This document shows, in pieces, positions 40,303 through 50,033 of a stretch of DNA of 64,000 nt. The stretch is from an uncultured Pelagibacteraceae bacterium (GTDB lineage: Bacteria; Pseudomonadota; Alphaproteobacteria; Pelagibacterales; AG-422-B15): assembly GCA_902525575.1 (NCBI GenBank), contig CABZHU010000002.1:18326-82325 (forward strand), in the 5' to 3' direction. The notes beneath the pieces were generated by a model, which was not told the origin of the DNA, did not search any database, and was given only the letters and a program-made list of their open reading frames with translations. A program made the translations under genes and the position numbers. The first letter of the stretch is position 1. The number at the start of each line of letters is the position of its first letter.

Positions 40303-41301
40303 TTACTTAATTTTTTTTATTTTTGTAACTTCATTTTCTTCAAAGTCAGGAATTTCCTTATCTGGTTTCAAGCCACCTAATTTGAGCATTTTCTTAACTC
40401 TTGATACCAAGCTCCCCTTTCCATCCCTCAATCTTGATTTGGCTGTCTCAATTGAACCCATGGATTTATTAAGTTCATGTCCAGCATTTTCGAAGGCAGA
40501 ATAAACTTTTTCAACTTGCGCATAAATCTCTAATGCGGTGCTCGCAATAGAATCGGCATTCCTGTTTCTCTCATTAATAGACCACATGTTATCAATTATT
40601 TTTAGTACTGAGATTAATGTTGAAGGGCTTGCTAAAATAATTTTAAATTTATTAGCTTCAAGAATTACCTCCTCAACTTTATCTAACATTGATTCAAAAG
40701 CACTTTCGTAAGGCATAAACATCACTACGGCATCAAGAGTTTTAATTTCATAAATTTTTTGATAATTTGCTTCACTTAATTTTTTAATATGTGTTCTTAT
40801 TGATTGAATATGTCTTTTGTGTGCATCAATCTTTGTAATTTCATCATCCGCATTACAATAATCTTGCCATGCACTCAGTGATATTTTTGAATCAATAACT
40901 AAATCTCTGTCATCAGGTAAATGTAAAATAATATCTGGATATTTTTTTTTGAACTCTCCGTCAATTTCATCATCATATTTTTTTTGTACTTCAAAATCTT
41001 TGTCTTCTCTAAAACCTGACTGTTGTAAAATATTCAATAATAAAATCTCTCCAGCAATTCCTTGTTTCTTTGAACCTCCCGTAAATGATGCTGCGAGCTT
41101 GTTAATCAAATCATAACGCTCTTCATCTTTTCCTTCTTTAAGAGAAATTTGATTACTGAGGTCTTTAACCATTTCTTTTACATCAGATAGACTTTTATTA
41201 TTGTCATTATCTGATTTTTTCCGATGTAATAAAAAATAAGTAATCGCTGCACCAATGATTAGACCACAAATAAATAAAATAAGACCTGTTAAATTATCCA
41301 T
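40303..41301 (-). CDS. rmuC: DNA recombination protein RmuC
   Basis: N-terminal TM, GIAGEILL, PDIILHLPDDRDLVIDSK, VMFMPYES, SPSTL. Confidence 0.9.
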   Translation of the reverse strand: MDNLTGLILFICGLIIGAAITYFLLHRKKSDNDNNKSLSDVKEMVKDLSNQISLKEGKDEERYDLINKLAASFTGGSKKQGIAGEILLLNILQQSGFREDKDFEVQKKYDDEIDGEFKKKYPDIILHLPDDRDLVIDSKISLSAWQDYCNADDEITKIDAHKRHIQSIRTHIKKLSEANYQKIYEIKTLDAVVMFMPYESAFESMLDKVEEVILEANKFKIILASPSTLISVLKIIDNMWSINERNRNADSIASTALEIYAQVEKVYSAFENAGHELNKSMGSIETAKSRLRDGKGSLVSRVKKMLKLGGLKPDKEIPDFEENEVTKIKKIK

Positions 41302-42718
41302 CTAACTTTTCCCTATGATATGTATCCAGTTCTTGAATATACGTATCAATTTCTTCCAAACGATCCATATCAATTTCATCTTCACTTTCTCTTAGATCAT
41401 CAATTTCACTCATCGCTCCTGGAATTGTATTCCATGAACATTTGTCCATTGAGAGTACTTTCTCAGCAATTATTTTATCGCGATTCTTAACTTCTTGTTC
41501 TGGTAAAAACTGAGGTTTTTCATTGTAAATTACTCTTTTTGCAAATTCCTTTGAGCGATTGTCAGTTATTTTTTGAGCAATTTCATACTTCTTATCCCAC
41601 TCAGCGGCATGAAAATCAGACATCAAATAATTATCTTTTGAACTAGGAAAACCATTATAAATTTGCTCTTCAACAGGTTTTTCAGTTTGGTCCTGTGTAA
41701 GTTCTCTATCTTCACTTTTGTCTAAAAGAAGGTTAGTAAACTTTTCTATAAAATTTTTGTTACCTCTTATTTTTTTCATACGCTCATTTACGATTTCGGG
41801 TGAAAGATCTTTATAATCTTCTGACCTAAAGAGGTAGTCTTCATCTAATAAAATCGGCTGTTCATTTGCTTTGATCATATGAAAACACTTATTCTGACCC
41901 TTAAACATTTTCTTTAGCTCTGCCCTATCTAAATCAAAAACATAATCTGGGTCGATTGACAAATCAAAACAGTAAACATGATTTTCATATGAAGGATCCT
42001 TAGTAATGTAGGCAAGGCCATGCGTATATTCTTTTCCTCTAAAGAACCTGCTAGCACAAAATACTTTTTCTTGATCAACATATTTATAGAGGTCTTGTTT
42101 TGATGCAGTTTTTAATGAGCTTTCCCATACATCGTTGCATCGGTCTTTTATAAGCTTACAAACACTCAATGTTGCTTCAACATCTGATAGAGCGTCATGA
42201 GCCTTTGAATGTTCTATGCCATTAGCTGCAGCAAACTTTTCTAATCTAAAAGTAATTTTACCAGTATTATCATCAAGCGGTCTCACAAAAGCATTTGGGT
42301 AAACTGCTGCTGCAGAATGAAGAAGTTTCATCGCATCTCCTCTTTTATTGCCATTCGTATTTGTGATGTAAGGTGGCAAAGCTGATTGATAAAGAGATTG
42401 CCTTAGGTGCATGTCATCAAATGAAATTGAATTATATCCTATAAAAAGACACTCGCCCCATGATAATAATTTGCTTTGTATTTGGGCAATTAAACTAAAG
42501 TTTGAATTTTCATGATTTTTTAATTGATCAATGGAAACGCCATTAACTAACAAAGCCTTTGCTGAAGGAACAGGATATTCCCTCTTCATTCGACCTCTCA
42601 AATCAAATTGGTCAATGATATTAAAGTCTTCATCCGTGCATATTGCAGCTGCCTGAACAATAGATCCATAAGCTGCATTCAATGTTGATGTCTCTAAATC
42701 CCAAAAAATATATTTCAT
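41294..42718 (-). CDS. sbcB: Exodeoxyribonuclease I
   Basis: DEDDh motifs WDLETS, GYNSISFDD, HDALSDVEAT; VEEQIYNGF typical of the ExoI C-terminal region. Confidence 0.88.
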   Translation of the reverse strand: MKYIFWDLETSTLNAAYGSIVQAAAICTDEDFNIIDQFDLRGRMKREYPVPSAKALLVNGVSIDQLKNHENSNFSLIAQIQSKLLSWGECLFIGYNSISFDDMHLRQSLYQSALPPYITNTNGNKRGDAMKLLHSAAAVYPNAFVRPLDDNTGKITFRLEKFAAANGIEHSKAHDALSDVEATLSVCKLIKDRCNDVWESSLKTASKQDLYKYVDQEKVFCASRFFRGKEYTHGLAYITKDPSYENHVYCFDLSIDPDYVFDLDRAELKKMFKGQNKCFHMIKANEQPILLDEDYLFRSEDYKDLSPEIVNERMKKIRGNKNFIEKFTNLLLDKSEDRELTQDQTEKPVEEQIYNGFPSSKDNYLMSDFHAAEWDKKYEIAQKITDNRSKEFAKRVIYNEKPQFLPEQEVKNRDKIIAEKVLSMDKCSWNTIPGAMSEIDDLRESEDEIDMDRLEEIDTYIQELDTYHREKLDG

Positions 42719-42991
42719 TTATTTATTCTTTTTTTCTAAGCACCTGAAATCTGCTACAGGCATTTTTCCTTCAAAATTAATGTGACAAATATTTAATTGA
42801 TGCCTTTGACACCAAATTTGAAGCCCTCGATCAGTAAAACCTACATCGATTCTTGAATAATCTTGAATAGATTTTGCATCTGTTAGGCCTTCAGTTAATT
42901 CATCTGAGCATTTAACACAAACTATTGGTTCTTTTATTTGATTCAATAAATAATCAAGTTTTGAGATATCTTGTGCAAGTTTACTGGACAT
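42719..42991 (-). CDS. Hypothetical Cys/His-rich protein, 90 aa
   Basis: CVKC...DVGFTDRGLQIWCQRHQLNICH; packed between the aldehyde dehydrogenase and sbcB. Confidence 0.7.
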   Translation of the reverse strand: MSSKLAQDISKLDYLLNQIKEPIVCVKCSDELTEGLTDAKSIQDYSRIDVGFTDRGLQIWCQRHQLNICHINFEGKMPVADFRCLEKKNK

Positions 42992-43002
42992 AATAAAAGT
43001 AT

Positions 43003-44475
43003 TTATCTGATCTTAAATGGGTCTTCTGTTACTCTTGCAGTTGAGGTCCAGATAGTTTTTTTTAATTGCATATCTCTTATTGCTTCAGATCCACTCTCTC
43101 GTCCATAGCCACTATTTTTTCTACCGCCAAAACTTGCAGCGTATGAAATAAACCTATAACAATTTGTAAAGCAAATGCCAGCTTCAATTTTTTTGCTCAC
43201 TCTCTCACATGTTTCTTTATTTTCACTAAACACACCTGATGAAAGGCCATAACGATTGTCGTTAGCTATATTTATGGCCTCTTCCTCAGATTTAAATCTG
43301 ATCACAGAGAGAACTGGTCCAAAAAGTTCTGTATTTGCTGTATTGATTGATTTATCTGGACATTCAATAATTGTCGGGGGAAAGTAGCAATTATTTTGCC
43401 GCTTACCTCCACATAATATTTTAGCTCCTTGTTTAATAGATAAATCAATGTTTTTTTCTATAAATTCTACTTGTTTAAGATTATTTAATGGACCCATTTG
43501 AGTTTCCGCTTCAAGCGGTGAACCCAATTTAATACTCTCAGCTCTATTTTTTAATTGATGTAGAAATTCATCATAAATTTTATCATGCAGAACCAATACT
43601 GATCCAGCAATGCAACTGCAGCCATTTCCAGAAAAGATAGCGGTAGTAATATTATTTAATGCATTCTCTATATTGGCGTCTGCAAATACAATAACTGGCG
43701 ATTTCCCTCCAAGTTCAAGGGTTAACTGTGCAAAATTTTCAGCTGTATTTCTTATTACATGAGATCCTGTTTCGGTCCCACCAGTAAAGAGCACTTTGCC
43801 TATATCTTTATGGGATGTTAAATTTTTTCCAACTTCTGCTCCTCCACTCACCAGATTTATAACGCCTTTTGGCAATCCTACTTGTTCTGTTAATTTTGAA
43901 AATTCAGCTAACGGTGCTGGAGCAAGTTCTGATGATTTTATAACCACTGTATTCCCTGCAGCCAATGCAGGTGCAACTTTAGTCGCTGTTAAAAACATTT
44001 GTGAATTCCATGGAATGATACATGCAATAACACCTATTGGTTCAGTTACTTCAGTAACTTCCATATCAGGCTTATCTATGTCAGAAATAATTTTTGTATT
44101 TTCCATTTTCTCAGCGATCTCTGCATAGTAGTAAAAATAATCTTTCATATATTCAGCTTGAAATTTTGTTTCTTTCAATAGTTTACCGCTATCAATGGTT
44201 TCTATTTTTCCAATATGCTCAGCGTTGTTCTTAAGCTGATCCCCTATTGCCCTAAGATATTGAGCTCTTATTTTTACATCGCTTGCTGACCACAACATAA
44301 ATGCATTTTTAGCGGCTGCAACTGCATTATTGACATCATTGACTGTTGCATCTGGAAATGAAGACCAAGGTTTATTATTCTCAGGATTAGTACTTTCGAA
44401 TCTTTGATTATTTTCTGCTTCAGTCCATTGGCCATCTATGAACATTTGATAATTTTGAATATTATTAGTTGTCAT
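43003..44475 (-). CDS. Aldehyde dehydrogenase (TgnC-like)
   Basis: IPWNSQMFL, FTGG, LELGGKSP, catalytic Cys in GCSCIAGS, ELFGPV. Confidence 0.92.
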   Translation of the reverse strand: MTTNNIQNYQMFIDGQWTEAENNQRFESTNPENNKPWSSFPDATVNDVNNAVAAAKNAFMLWSASDVKIRAQYLRAIGDQLKNNAEHIGKIETIDSGKLLKETKFQAEYMKDYFYYYAEIAEKMENTKIISDIDKPDMEVTEVTEPIGVIACIIPWNSQMFLTATKVAPALAAGNTVVIKSSELAPAPLAEFSKLTEQVGLPKGVINLVSGGAEVGKNLTSHKDIGKVLFTGGTETGSHVIRNTAENFAQLTLELGGKSPVIVFADANIENALNNITTAIFSGNGCSCIAGSVLVLHDKIYDEFLHQLKNRAESIKLGSPLEAETQMGPLNNLKQVEFIEKNIDLSIKQGAKILCGGKRQNNCYFPPTIIECPDKSINTANTELFGPVLSVIRFKSEEEAINIANDNRYGLSSGVFSENKETCERVSKKIEAGICFTNCYRFISYAASFGGRKNSGYGRESGSEAIRDMQLKKTIWTSTARVTEDPFKIR

Positions 44476-45250
44476 TTAAAAAGTTTCCAAATACTTGATT
44501 AACCTTGTCTGCGCACTCCATGCCACACATATGTTTGCCATTAGGAATGATCTCTACTTTACTATCTTTAATTATTTCCCCAATCTTTTTCGACATTTCA
44601 GGCGTAGATCCTTCCTCATTCTCTCCAGTTACAATTAATGTAGGAGCTAAAATTTTATTAAACAAAATCATATTGTCTTGGAAATGAGAGAACAATTTAT
44701 ATGATTTTAAGAACTCTTGATGATCATTGTTTTCTATGATTGTTGCAATCAATTGGCTCTCATTAGGATTTTTTTTCATATAATCCTCATTAAACCATCT
44801 GCTCAATTGTTTAGGAATATCAAAATATTCTGTAGAAACATTTTCATACCTTCTAATAGCTTCTTGCTGTTGCTCTGCACTTCGTCCATAGATAGTCCCA
44901 AATAAAATTAATTTATTGATCTTCTTTGATCTCGTTGAAGCATAGTGAGCAGCGATTAACCCTCCTAAGGAGAAACCTATTAAATGGCATGAAGAGTATT
45001 TTAAGTATTGCATGAGACCATCAATTTGATCAGAAAATTTATCAAATGTAATGGCATTAACACTCGTGGTTCTTCCATGACCGTATAAGTCGTATGCAAT
45101 TGTTGAATGATTTTTAAAGAAATCTCTTTGAGGTTTCCATATTTCTAGACTTAAACCAACCCCATGAATAAATACTATGGGAGTAGTGCCAGCAACTTCA
45201 TTTAGTTGATAATATGTACCTTGATCGTCAAGTCCTTCACGAAATGACAT
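44465..45250 (-). CDS. Alpha/beta hydrolase (TgnD/PcaD-like)
   Basis: FIHGVGL, YDLYGHG, GFSLGG, GSTPEMS, KHM. Confidence 0.88.
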   Translation of the reverse strand: MSFREGLDDQGTYYQLNEVAGTTPIVFIHGVGLSLEIWKPQRDFFKNHSTIAYDLYGHGRTTSVNAITFDKFSDQIDGLMQYLKYSSCHLIGFSLGGLIAAHYASTRSKKINKLILFGTIYGRSAEQQQEAIRRYENVSTEYFDIPKQLSRWFNEDYMKKNPNESQLIATIIENNDHQEFLKSYKLFSHFQDNMILFNKILAPTLIVTGENEEGSTPEMSKKIGEIIKDSKVEIIPNGKHMCGMECADKVNQVFGNFLNDN

Positions 45251-45255
45251 GAATA

Positions 45256-45837
45256 TTATTTCAGTCCCATTTCCTTTTCATCTTCATAACGGTTTCCGAT
45301 ACGATGATGAGCTTGAGGAGTAGTACTTGCGCCAATTGCTATAACTAATTCAGCAGGACCAGGAGCATCATAAATTGTAAACTCGTGAGTTAAATAAAAT
45401 TGTCTCAAACCGGGATCTGTTTTGTGCATCATAGGAATTGATATTTTTGAAGCCGCAAGTCCACGTACATTAGTAAATGAAAGATAGGATGTTCCTCCAA
45501 CAGCATCTCGAAATTTATTGCCAAAATGTAATGTATGAATCAGTGCGCTTGCATGTTGTATGCTTCCTCGCATCCCAGTCATACTCGCCTTACCGTAGGC
45601 TAAGACTTTTTCTGGAGATCCGATTTCATCTAATAACTTACCAACTAAGAAATCACCAAGCTTTGGGGCTATTTCTAAAATTGTAGGCTTCAGGTCTTCT
45701 ACATACCCTTGGTCAACCCATGGGTTTGTAATTACTGCCGCGACAGATACTAAAACTACGGGTTCATCACATTTTTTAAAATCTTCAACATAGGTTGTAT
45801 CAACAAACTTACACATCTTCCTTATTTCAAGTGTCAT
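45256..45837 (-). CDS. Amino acid synthesis (AA_synth/DUF1185, TgnF-like) family protein
   Basis: AAVITNPW, AYGKA, HASALIHTLHFGNKFRDAVGG, IPMMHK, DAPGPAE, HHRIGNRY. Confidence 0.85.
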   Translation of the reverse strand: MTLEIRKMCKFVDTTYVEDFKKCDEPVVLVSVAAVITNPWVDQGYVEDLKPTILEIAPKLGDFLVGKLLDEIGSPEKVLAYGKASMTGMRGSIQHASALIHTLHFGNKFRDAVGGTSYLSFTNVRGLAASKISIPMMHKTDPGLRQFYLTHEFTIYDAPGPAELVIAIGASTTPQAHHRIGNRYEDEKEMGLK

Positions 45838-45846
45838 AATATGATC

Positions 45847-47544
45847 CTACTGTTTTATTTTATGTTTAAATGAGTCCTGCCTGAATGAATATAGTGCATC
45901 AGGGGAACATTGAACATCGATTACTGTTGGGCAGTCAGCGTCAATTCCAGCTTTAATAGCATCTCCAATTTCTCTAGCTTTTTCAACCTTTATACCCTTA
46001 CATCCATACAATTCAGCAACTTTGTCAAACTCAGGAGTAGTAATATGGGCGCCAATAAAACGTCCCTCAAAAAAATCTTTTTGGTAGGCCGCTTCAGCAC
46101 CCCACGTACCATTATTCATGACGCATACAACAGTATTAATATTATTTTCGATTGCAGTTGAAAGCTCTGGAATAACCATAGACATCCCACCATCTCCATG
46201 AAATGAAACTACTGGTCTCTCAGGAGCTGCAAGTTTTATCCCTAATCCAGCGGGATAAGAAAATCCAACTAACCCAAAATCAAGTGGCGAAAACAAACTC
46301 TTTGGTTGATGATATTGAAGTGCATCAGTTAACTGGAGACACATTGTGCCTGCATCCAAAGTTACGACACAATCCTCTGGCAAGGCTCCCCTTAATTCTT
46401 TAAATAATCCTGAAGGTAAAATTGGTACACTTTCTGTGTCAGCATGAGCATCTCTTTTTTCAAAATAATTTTTTTTATTGTCTTTGAATTGATCTAACCA
46501 ATCCTGTACTTCTTTTTTCGACTTATGTGTTTCAAGCATTTTACAAAGTTCATCGGTTACAGTTTTAGCATCAGCATGTATACCCACTTCAACAGGAAAA
46601 TAACGACCAATCGAATTTAGATCTATTTCACATTGTATAATTGAAGCTTTTTCATTTAGGTTCTCGTAAGAATAGAACGTTGTATTAAAACCTAATCGAC
46701 TCCCTAAAACTAGAATGACATCCGCCTCTCTTAAAAGTTTTGTTCCCAGTCCTGATCCACGAGGGCCTGCTGATCCCGCATTTAACGGATGACTATATGG
46801 AATTGCATCACCATGTCCTGGAGAAGTGGTACATGGAGCATTGAGAAGTTCAGCTAACTTTAAAACACTATCTGCTGCACTTGTTCCATAATTCTTAACT
46901 CCTGCCCCAACTAGAATTACAGGTTTATGTGCTTCACTTAAAAGCTTTACAGCTTTTTTTAAATTTTCCTCATCAGCAGCTAAAGCTGGTATAGATTTAA
47001 ATTTTGTTGGCTGATTAAGTTCAGCTGATTTACCTAAAACATCTCTAGGCATGTCTACATGAACAGGGCCACAGCGAGGTATCAGTGCTGTTTGCATTGC
47101 TTCATTTAAAACTTCTGGTATTGATTCAACCTCTTTAACTTCAAAAACTTTTTTTGATACCGCTTGCATCAAACTGACCTGATCTATTTCCTGAAAAGCA
47201 TCCTTACCTTTGTGATCTGATGCAATTGCGCCAGCAAGGTTAACAACTGGCGAAAACGCAGCCTTTGCCTGAGCCATCGCAGTCACTGTGTTGCTGACTC
47301 CCGGACCTGCTTGGCCACTCAGAAATACCCCATTTTTCCCAGTATACCTGGCATAGGCATCCATCATGATCATCCCATTGCTCTCATGTCTGCATCCTAT
47401 ATATCTGATTTTATCAGCGTTATTGTAGAGACCATCCAATATCTCAAGTGTCGATGAGCCAATCAGCCCTGTAACCACTTCAACTTCATTTGCCAATAAA
47501 GTTTCAACAACGGCTTCGCCGCCAGTCATTTTTTTTGAAGACAC
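45847..47544 (-). CDS. ThDP-dependent enzyme, Xsc/acetolactate-synthase-like
   Basis: RHE catalytic Glu, QAGPG, AFQEIDQ, GDGG...NN ThDP motif, WGAE as in sulfoacetaldehyde acetyltransferases. Confidence 0.88.
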   Translation of the reverse strand: MSSKKMTGGEAVVETLLANEVEVVTGLIGSSTLEILDGLYNNADKIRYIGCRHESNGMIMMDAYARYTGKNGVFLSGQAGPGVSNTVTAMAQAKAAFSPVVNLAGAIASDHKGKDAFQEIDQVSLMQAVSKKVFEVKEVESIPEVLNEAMQTALIPRCGPVHVDMPRDVLGKSAELNQPTKFKSIPALAADEENLKKAVKLLSEAHKPVILVGAGVKNYGTSAADSVLKLAELLNAPCTTSPGHGDAIPYSHPLNAGSAGPRGSGLGTKLLREADVILVLGSRLGFNTTFYSYENLNEKASIIQCEIDLNSIGRYFPVEVGIHADAKTVTDELCKMLETHKSKKEVQDWLDQFKDNKKNYFEKRDAHADTESVPILPSGLFKELRGALPEDCVVTLDAGTMCLQLTDALQYHQPKSLFSPLDFGLVGFSYPAGLGIKLAAPERPVVSFHGDGGMSMVIPELSTAIENNINTVVCVMNNGTWGAEAAYQKDFFEGRFIGAHITTPEFDKVAELYGCKGIKVEKAREIGDAIKAGIDADCPTVIDVQCSPDALYSFRQDSFKHKIKQ

Positions 47545-48719
47545 TAAGAAACTTTCTTAATTAAATTATCATCACTAAATTGAGGAGCCACTTTTTCATT
47601 AAATAATTTTAATGATTTCATCACTGCATTGTGAGGCATTCCAGGAGGATTTGACCATATGGCCAACTGCTGAAGATTTAATTCTGACTTTAGCTCGTGA
47701 ATTTTATCGATTACAAATTCAGCTGTACCTACTAATTGGTTTCTTGGATGGATCCAATCGTATGTTAAAAGGTCAATTGGATTATCTGTTTTTGGCAATT
47801 CCTCACCAGGGTTCGCAAAGATACCCACTCCTCTGCCTCCGCCACAAACAGAAACTAAATATCTTAAAAAATGCTCACCTGCTAATTCTTTAGCTTCTTC
47901 CATTGTATCGGCAATAAAGCAATCACGAACCAATGCAATTCCCTCGCCCATAGGAACATCTCTCTTTTCGACCTCAGATTTAGCATTTGCATAAGTCTCA
48001 AAGCGTGACTTCAAGGAAGCAATTGTTGGCAGCCACATCAAACAATTAAGACCATTCTTTGCCGCAAATTCAATTGAACTAGGACTATCAACTACTTGCC
48101 ATAGAGGAAGATTTTTTTGAAACGGTTTTGGAACTATACTAATTTTCTTTAAGACATTTGTTTCCGGGTCAACAACATCCGATGTTTCATTCAACAGTGG
48201 ATTGGAATATTTAAATTCTGGAGCTGGGTACTCATAGAATTCACCATTATGTGAAAAGTATTCTTGCGTCCAAGCCTTCTTTAATATGTCTAGCGTTTCA
48301 ACAAACAATCGAAAGTTTTTTGGCTGATCTTTTAAATCGGCCTCTATGTTCATGTGGATAGCTTCTTTTCCAAATACACCTCGACCGAGACCAACATCTA
48401 ACCTGCCTGATGACAAGTTATCTAAAAGCGCAACATCTTCGGCTAATCTAAGGGGATTCCAAAAGGTTGCGATAGCTGCGGCTAATCCGATGCGAATATT
48501 TTTTGTGCGGGCTGCAAGATCTGAGCCCAGTAAAATTGGATTGGGTATGCACTCCATTGTCCAATTATTTGTAGTTTGTAGGTGGTGTTCACTCAACCAT
48601 ATTTGTCTAAAATTACTATTTTGATCTAAATAATCTGTAATCTCCCTTACTTCATCAAGAATTTCAGTATATGGACGCTTATGCCAGTTTGTAGCGTTTA
48701 GGAATTTAGAAAAAATCAT
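47544..48719 (-). CDS. Luciferase-like (LLM) flavin-dependent monooxygenase
   Basis: WLSEHH, PNP, AARTKNIRIG, PLRLAEDVALLDNLSSGRLDVGLGRG. Confidence 0.92.
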   Translation of the reverse strand: MIFSKFLNATNWHKRPYTEILDEVREITDYLDQNSNFRQIWLSEHHLQTTNNWTMECIPNPILLGSDLAARTKNIRIGLAAAIATFWNPLRLAEDVALLDNLSSGRLDVGLGRGVFGKEAIHMNIEADLKDQPKNFRLFVETLDILKKAWTQEYFSHNGEFYEYPAPEFKYSNPLLNETSDVVDPETNVLKKISIVPKPFQKNLPLWQVVDSPSSIEFAAKNGLNCLMWLPTIASLKSRFETYANAKSEVEKRDVPMGEGIALVRDCFIADTMEEAKELAGEHFLRYLVSVCGGGRGVGIFANPGEELPKTDNPIDLLTYDWIHPRNQLVGTAEFVIDKIHELKSELNLQQLAIWSNPPGMPHNAVMKSLKLFNEKVAPQFSDDNLIKKVS

Positions 48720-48806
48720 TAGCTTCCCCCTTTTATTAAATTAACAATAAAAAGTCGACCGATCCCGCTTCCTTTAATGGTGAGTTATGTATCGCTTCAG
48801 ATTAGG

Positions 48807-48835
48807 ATAGTATCAGAAAATAAGCGTTTTTTCAA
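48807..48835 (-). promoter_or_regulatory. Putative sigma70 promoter of the LLM operon
   Basis: Minus-strand TTGAAA-N17-TACTAT, implying a leader of about 80 nt. Confidence 0.55.
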
Positions 48836-48840
48836 ACCAC

Positions 48841-49347
48841 TCAATTGATGATTTCATTAGGATAAATGCCAAAAACTTTATTTTTTGGAATATAGAATTT
48901 ACTTTTTTTACCCTCTTCCTCTAAATAAACCTCAAATAAGATAAAAGCTGAATCAGCTTTGAGTATCATGCCATGTACATTTTTTTCAACTTTAGCCACA
49001 ACCTTCTTTTCAATTGGATTATTGTAACCCAATACAACTTCTTTTGTAATTGCTGCTCTCTTGGGTGATAGAATTGGTCTGAAAAGAAAACATAGATCAT
49101 CAGTTAGAGGATCTCTAGCCTGAACCCAGAGATCATCAATATTTCTCACAACTTCCCATGGAAAATATTTTTTTACATATTGATATTTTATGGAACCCAT
49201 AGCTTTTCCGTCTTCATCTGTAATATATGACGCCCGACAATTAATTGTATTTTTTGAAGTTACCCATCGAGGTGTTGGCAAATCATCTGCTGATACATTG
49301 GGTGACCACAGAATAAAGAGAGAAAATAATAAAAATATTTTTATCAT
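48841..49347 (-). CDS. Exported bacterial SH3-domain protein
   Basis: Signal peptide then LPTPRWVTSK, resembling the alphaproteobacterial double-SH3 family (LPxPRFVSLK). Confidence 0.6.
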   Translation of the reverse strand: MIKIFLLFSLFILWSPNVSADDLPTPRWVTSKNTINCRASYITDEDGKAMGSIKYQYVKKYFPWEVVRNIDDLWVQARDPLTDDLCFLFRPILSPKRAAITKEVVLGYNNPIEKKVVAKVEKNVHGMILKADSAFILFEVYLEEEGKKSKFYIPKNKVFGIYPNEIIN

Positions 49348-49359
49348 TTCACAGATACT

Positions 49360-49965
49360 CTACGGGTAAAGTCTGGTCTTTATCCATGCATCATTTGATT
49401 GCGTGAAAATAATCCTATCATGCAGTCGAGTTTTATAATCATCTCTGCTTTTCCATACTTCTACTCTTGAAGGCATAATGATTATTCCCCCCCAGTGATT
49501 GGGTCTTTTTATTTCTTTTCCTTCATGTGCGTCTGCGAACTCTTGAAATTCTTTATCCAGTACTTCACGACTATCAACATCATAAGATTGTTTTGAAATG
49601 CTTGCTGATATTTGAGCATTACGATCACGTGAAGAAAAATACTCATCAGACAAGTTTGAGTTTATTTTTTTGACTTTTCCTTGAACTCTAATTGAAACTC
49701 CTTGTGCACGGCTGTACCATGTTAGATGTCCCTCTGAATTATGGAAAAGTTCTTTTCCTTTTTGTGATTCATAATTTGTATAAAAAGTGAAACCTTCTTG
49801 GCTGACATCTTTAATAAGTACAACTCTAGCGTTGGGCTTACCTTCACTACTCACGGATGACACCAGTGCAGCGTTGGGGTCTAAGTCAACCAGCTCTTTC
49901 TCTTTGTCATAAAAATGATTCCAAGCCTCTATCCACTGATTAAAAGATGATATGTCAGTATTCAT
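49360..49965 (-). CDS. pdxH: Pyridoxine/pyridoxamine 5'-phosphate oxidase
   Basis: PNARVVLIK, FYTNYESQKG, YFSSR, RPNHWGG, RLHDR, RLYP. Confidence 0.93.
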   Translation of the reverse strand: MNTDISSFNQWIEAWNHFYDKEKELVDLDPNAALVSSVSSEGKPNARVVLIKDVSQEGFTFYTNYESQKGKELFHNSEGHLTWYSRAQGVSIRVQGKVKKINSNLSDEYFSSRDRNAQISASISKQSYDVDSREVLDKEFQEFADAHEGKEIKRPNHWGGIIIMPSRVEVWKSRDDYKTRLHDRIIFTQSNDAWIKTRLYP

Positions 49966-50033
49966 AGAGATTATTTATAATGAATTTGCCAAAATATTGA
50001 ATTAAAATAATTAATTAAAAAAAGAGTCCTAAA

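Noticed and set aside
45847-47544. Assigning xsc or ilvB to the ThDP enzyme
   Set aside because: Similarity is family-level only, and no pta, taurine genes or ilvH/ilvN are adjacent.
48720-48806. LLM operon leader as a SAM-II/SAM-V or TPP riboswitch
   Set aside because: Only the 3' AAAAGGG resembles SAM-II/SAM-V, and the core motifs of these classes and of TPP are missing. Kept only as an unclassified candidate.
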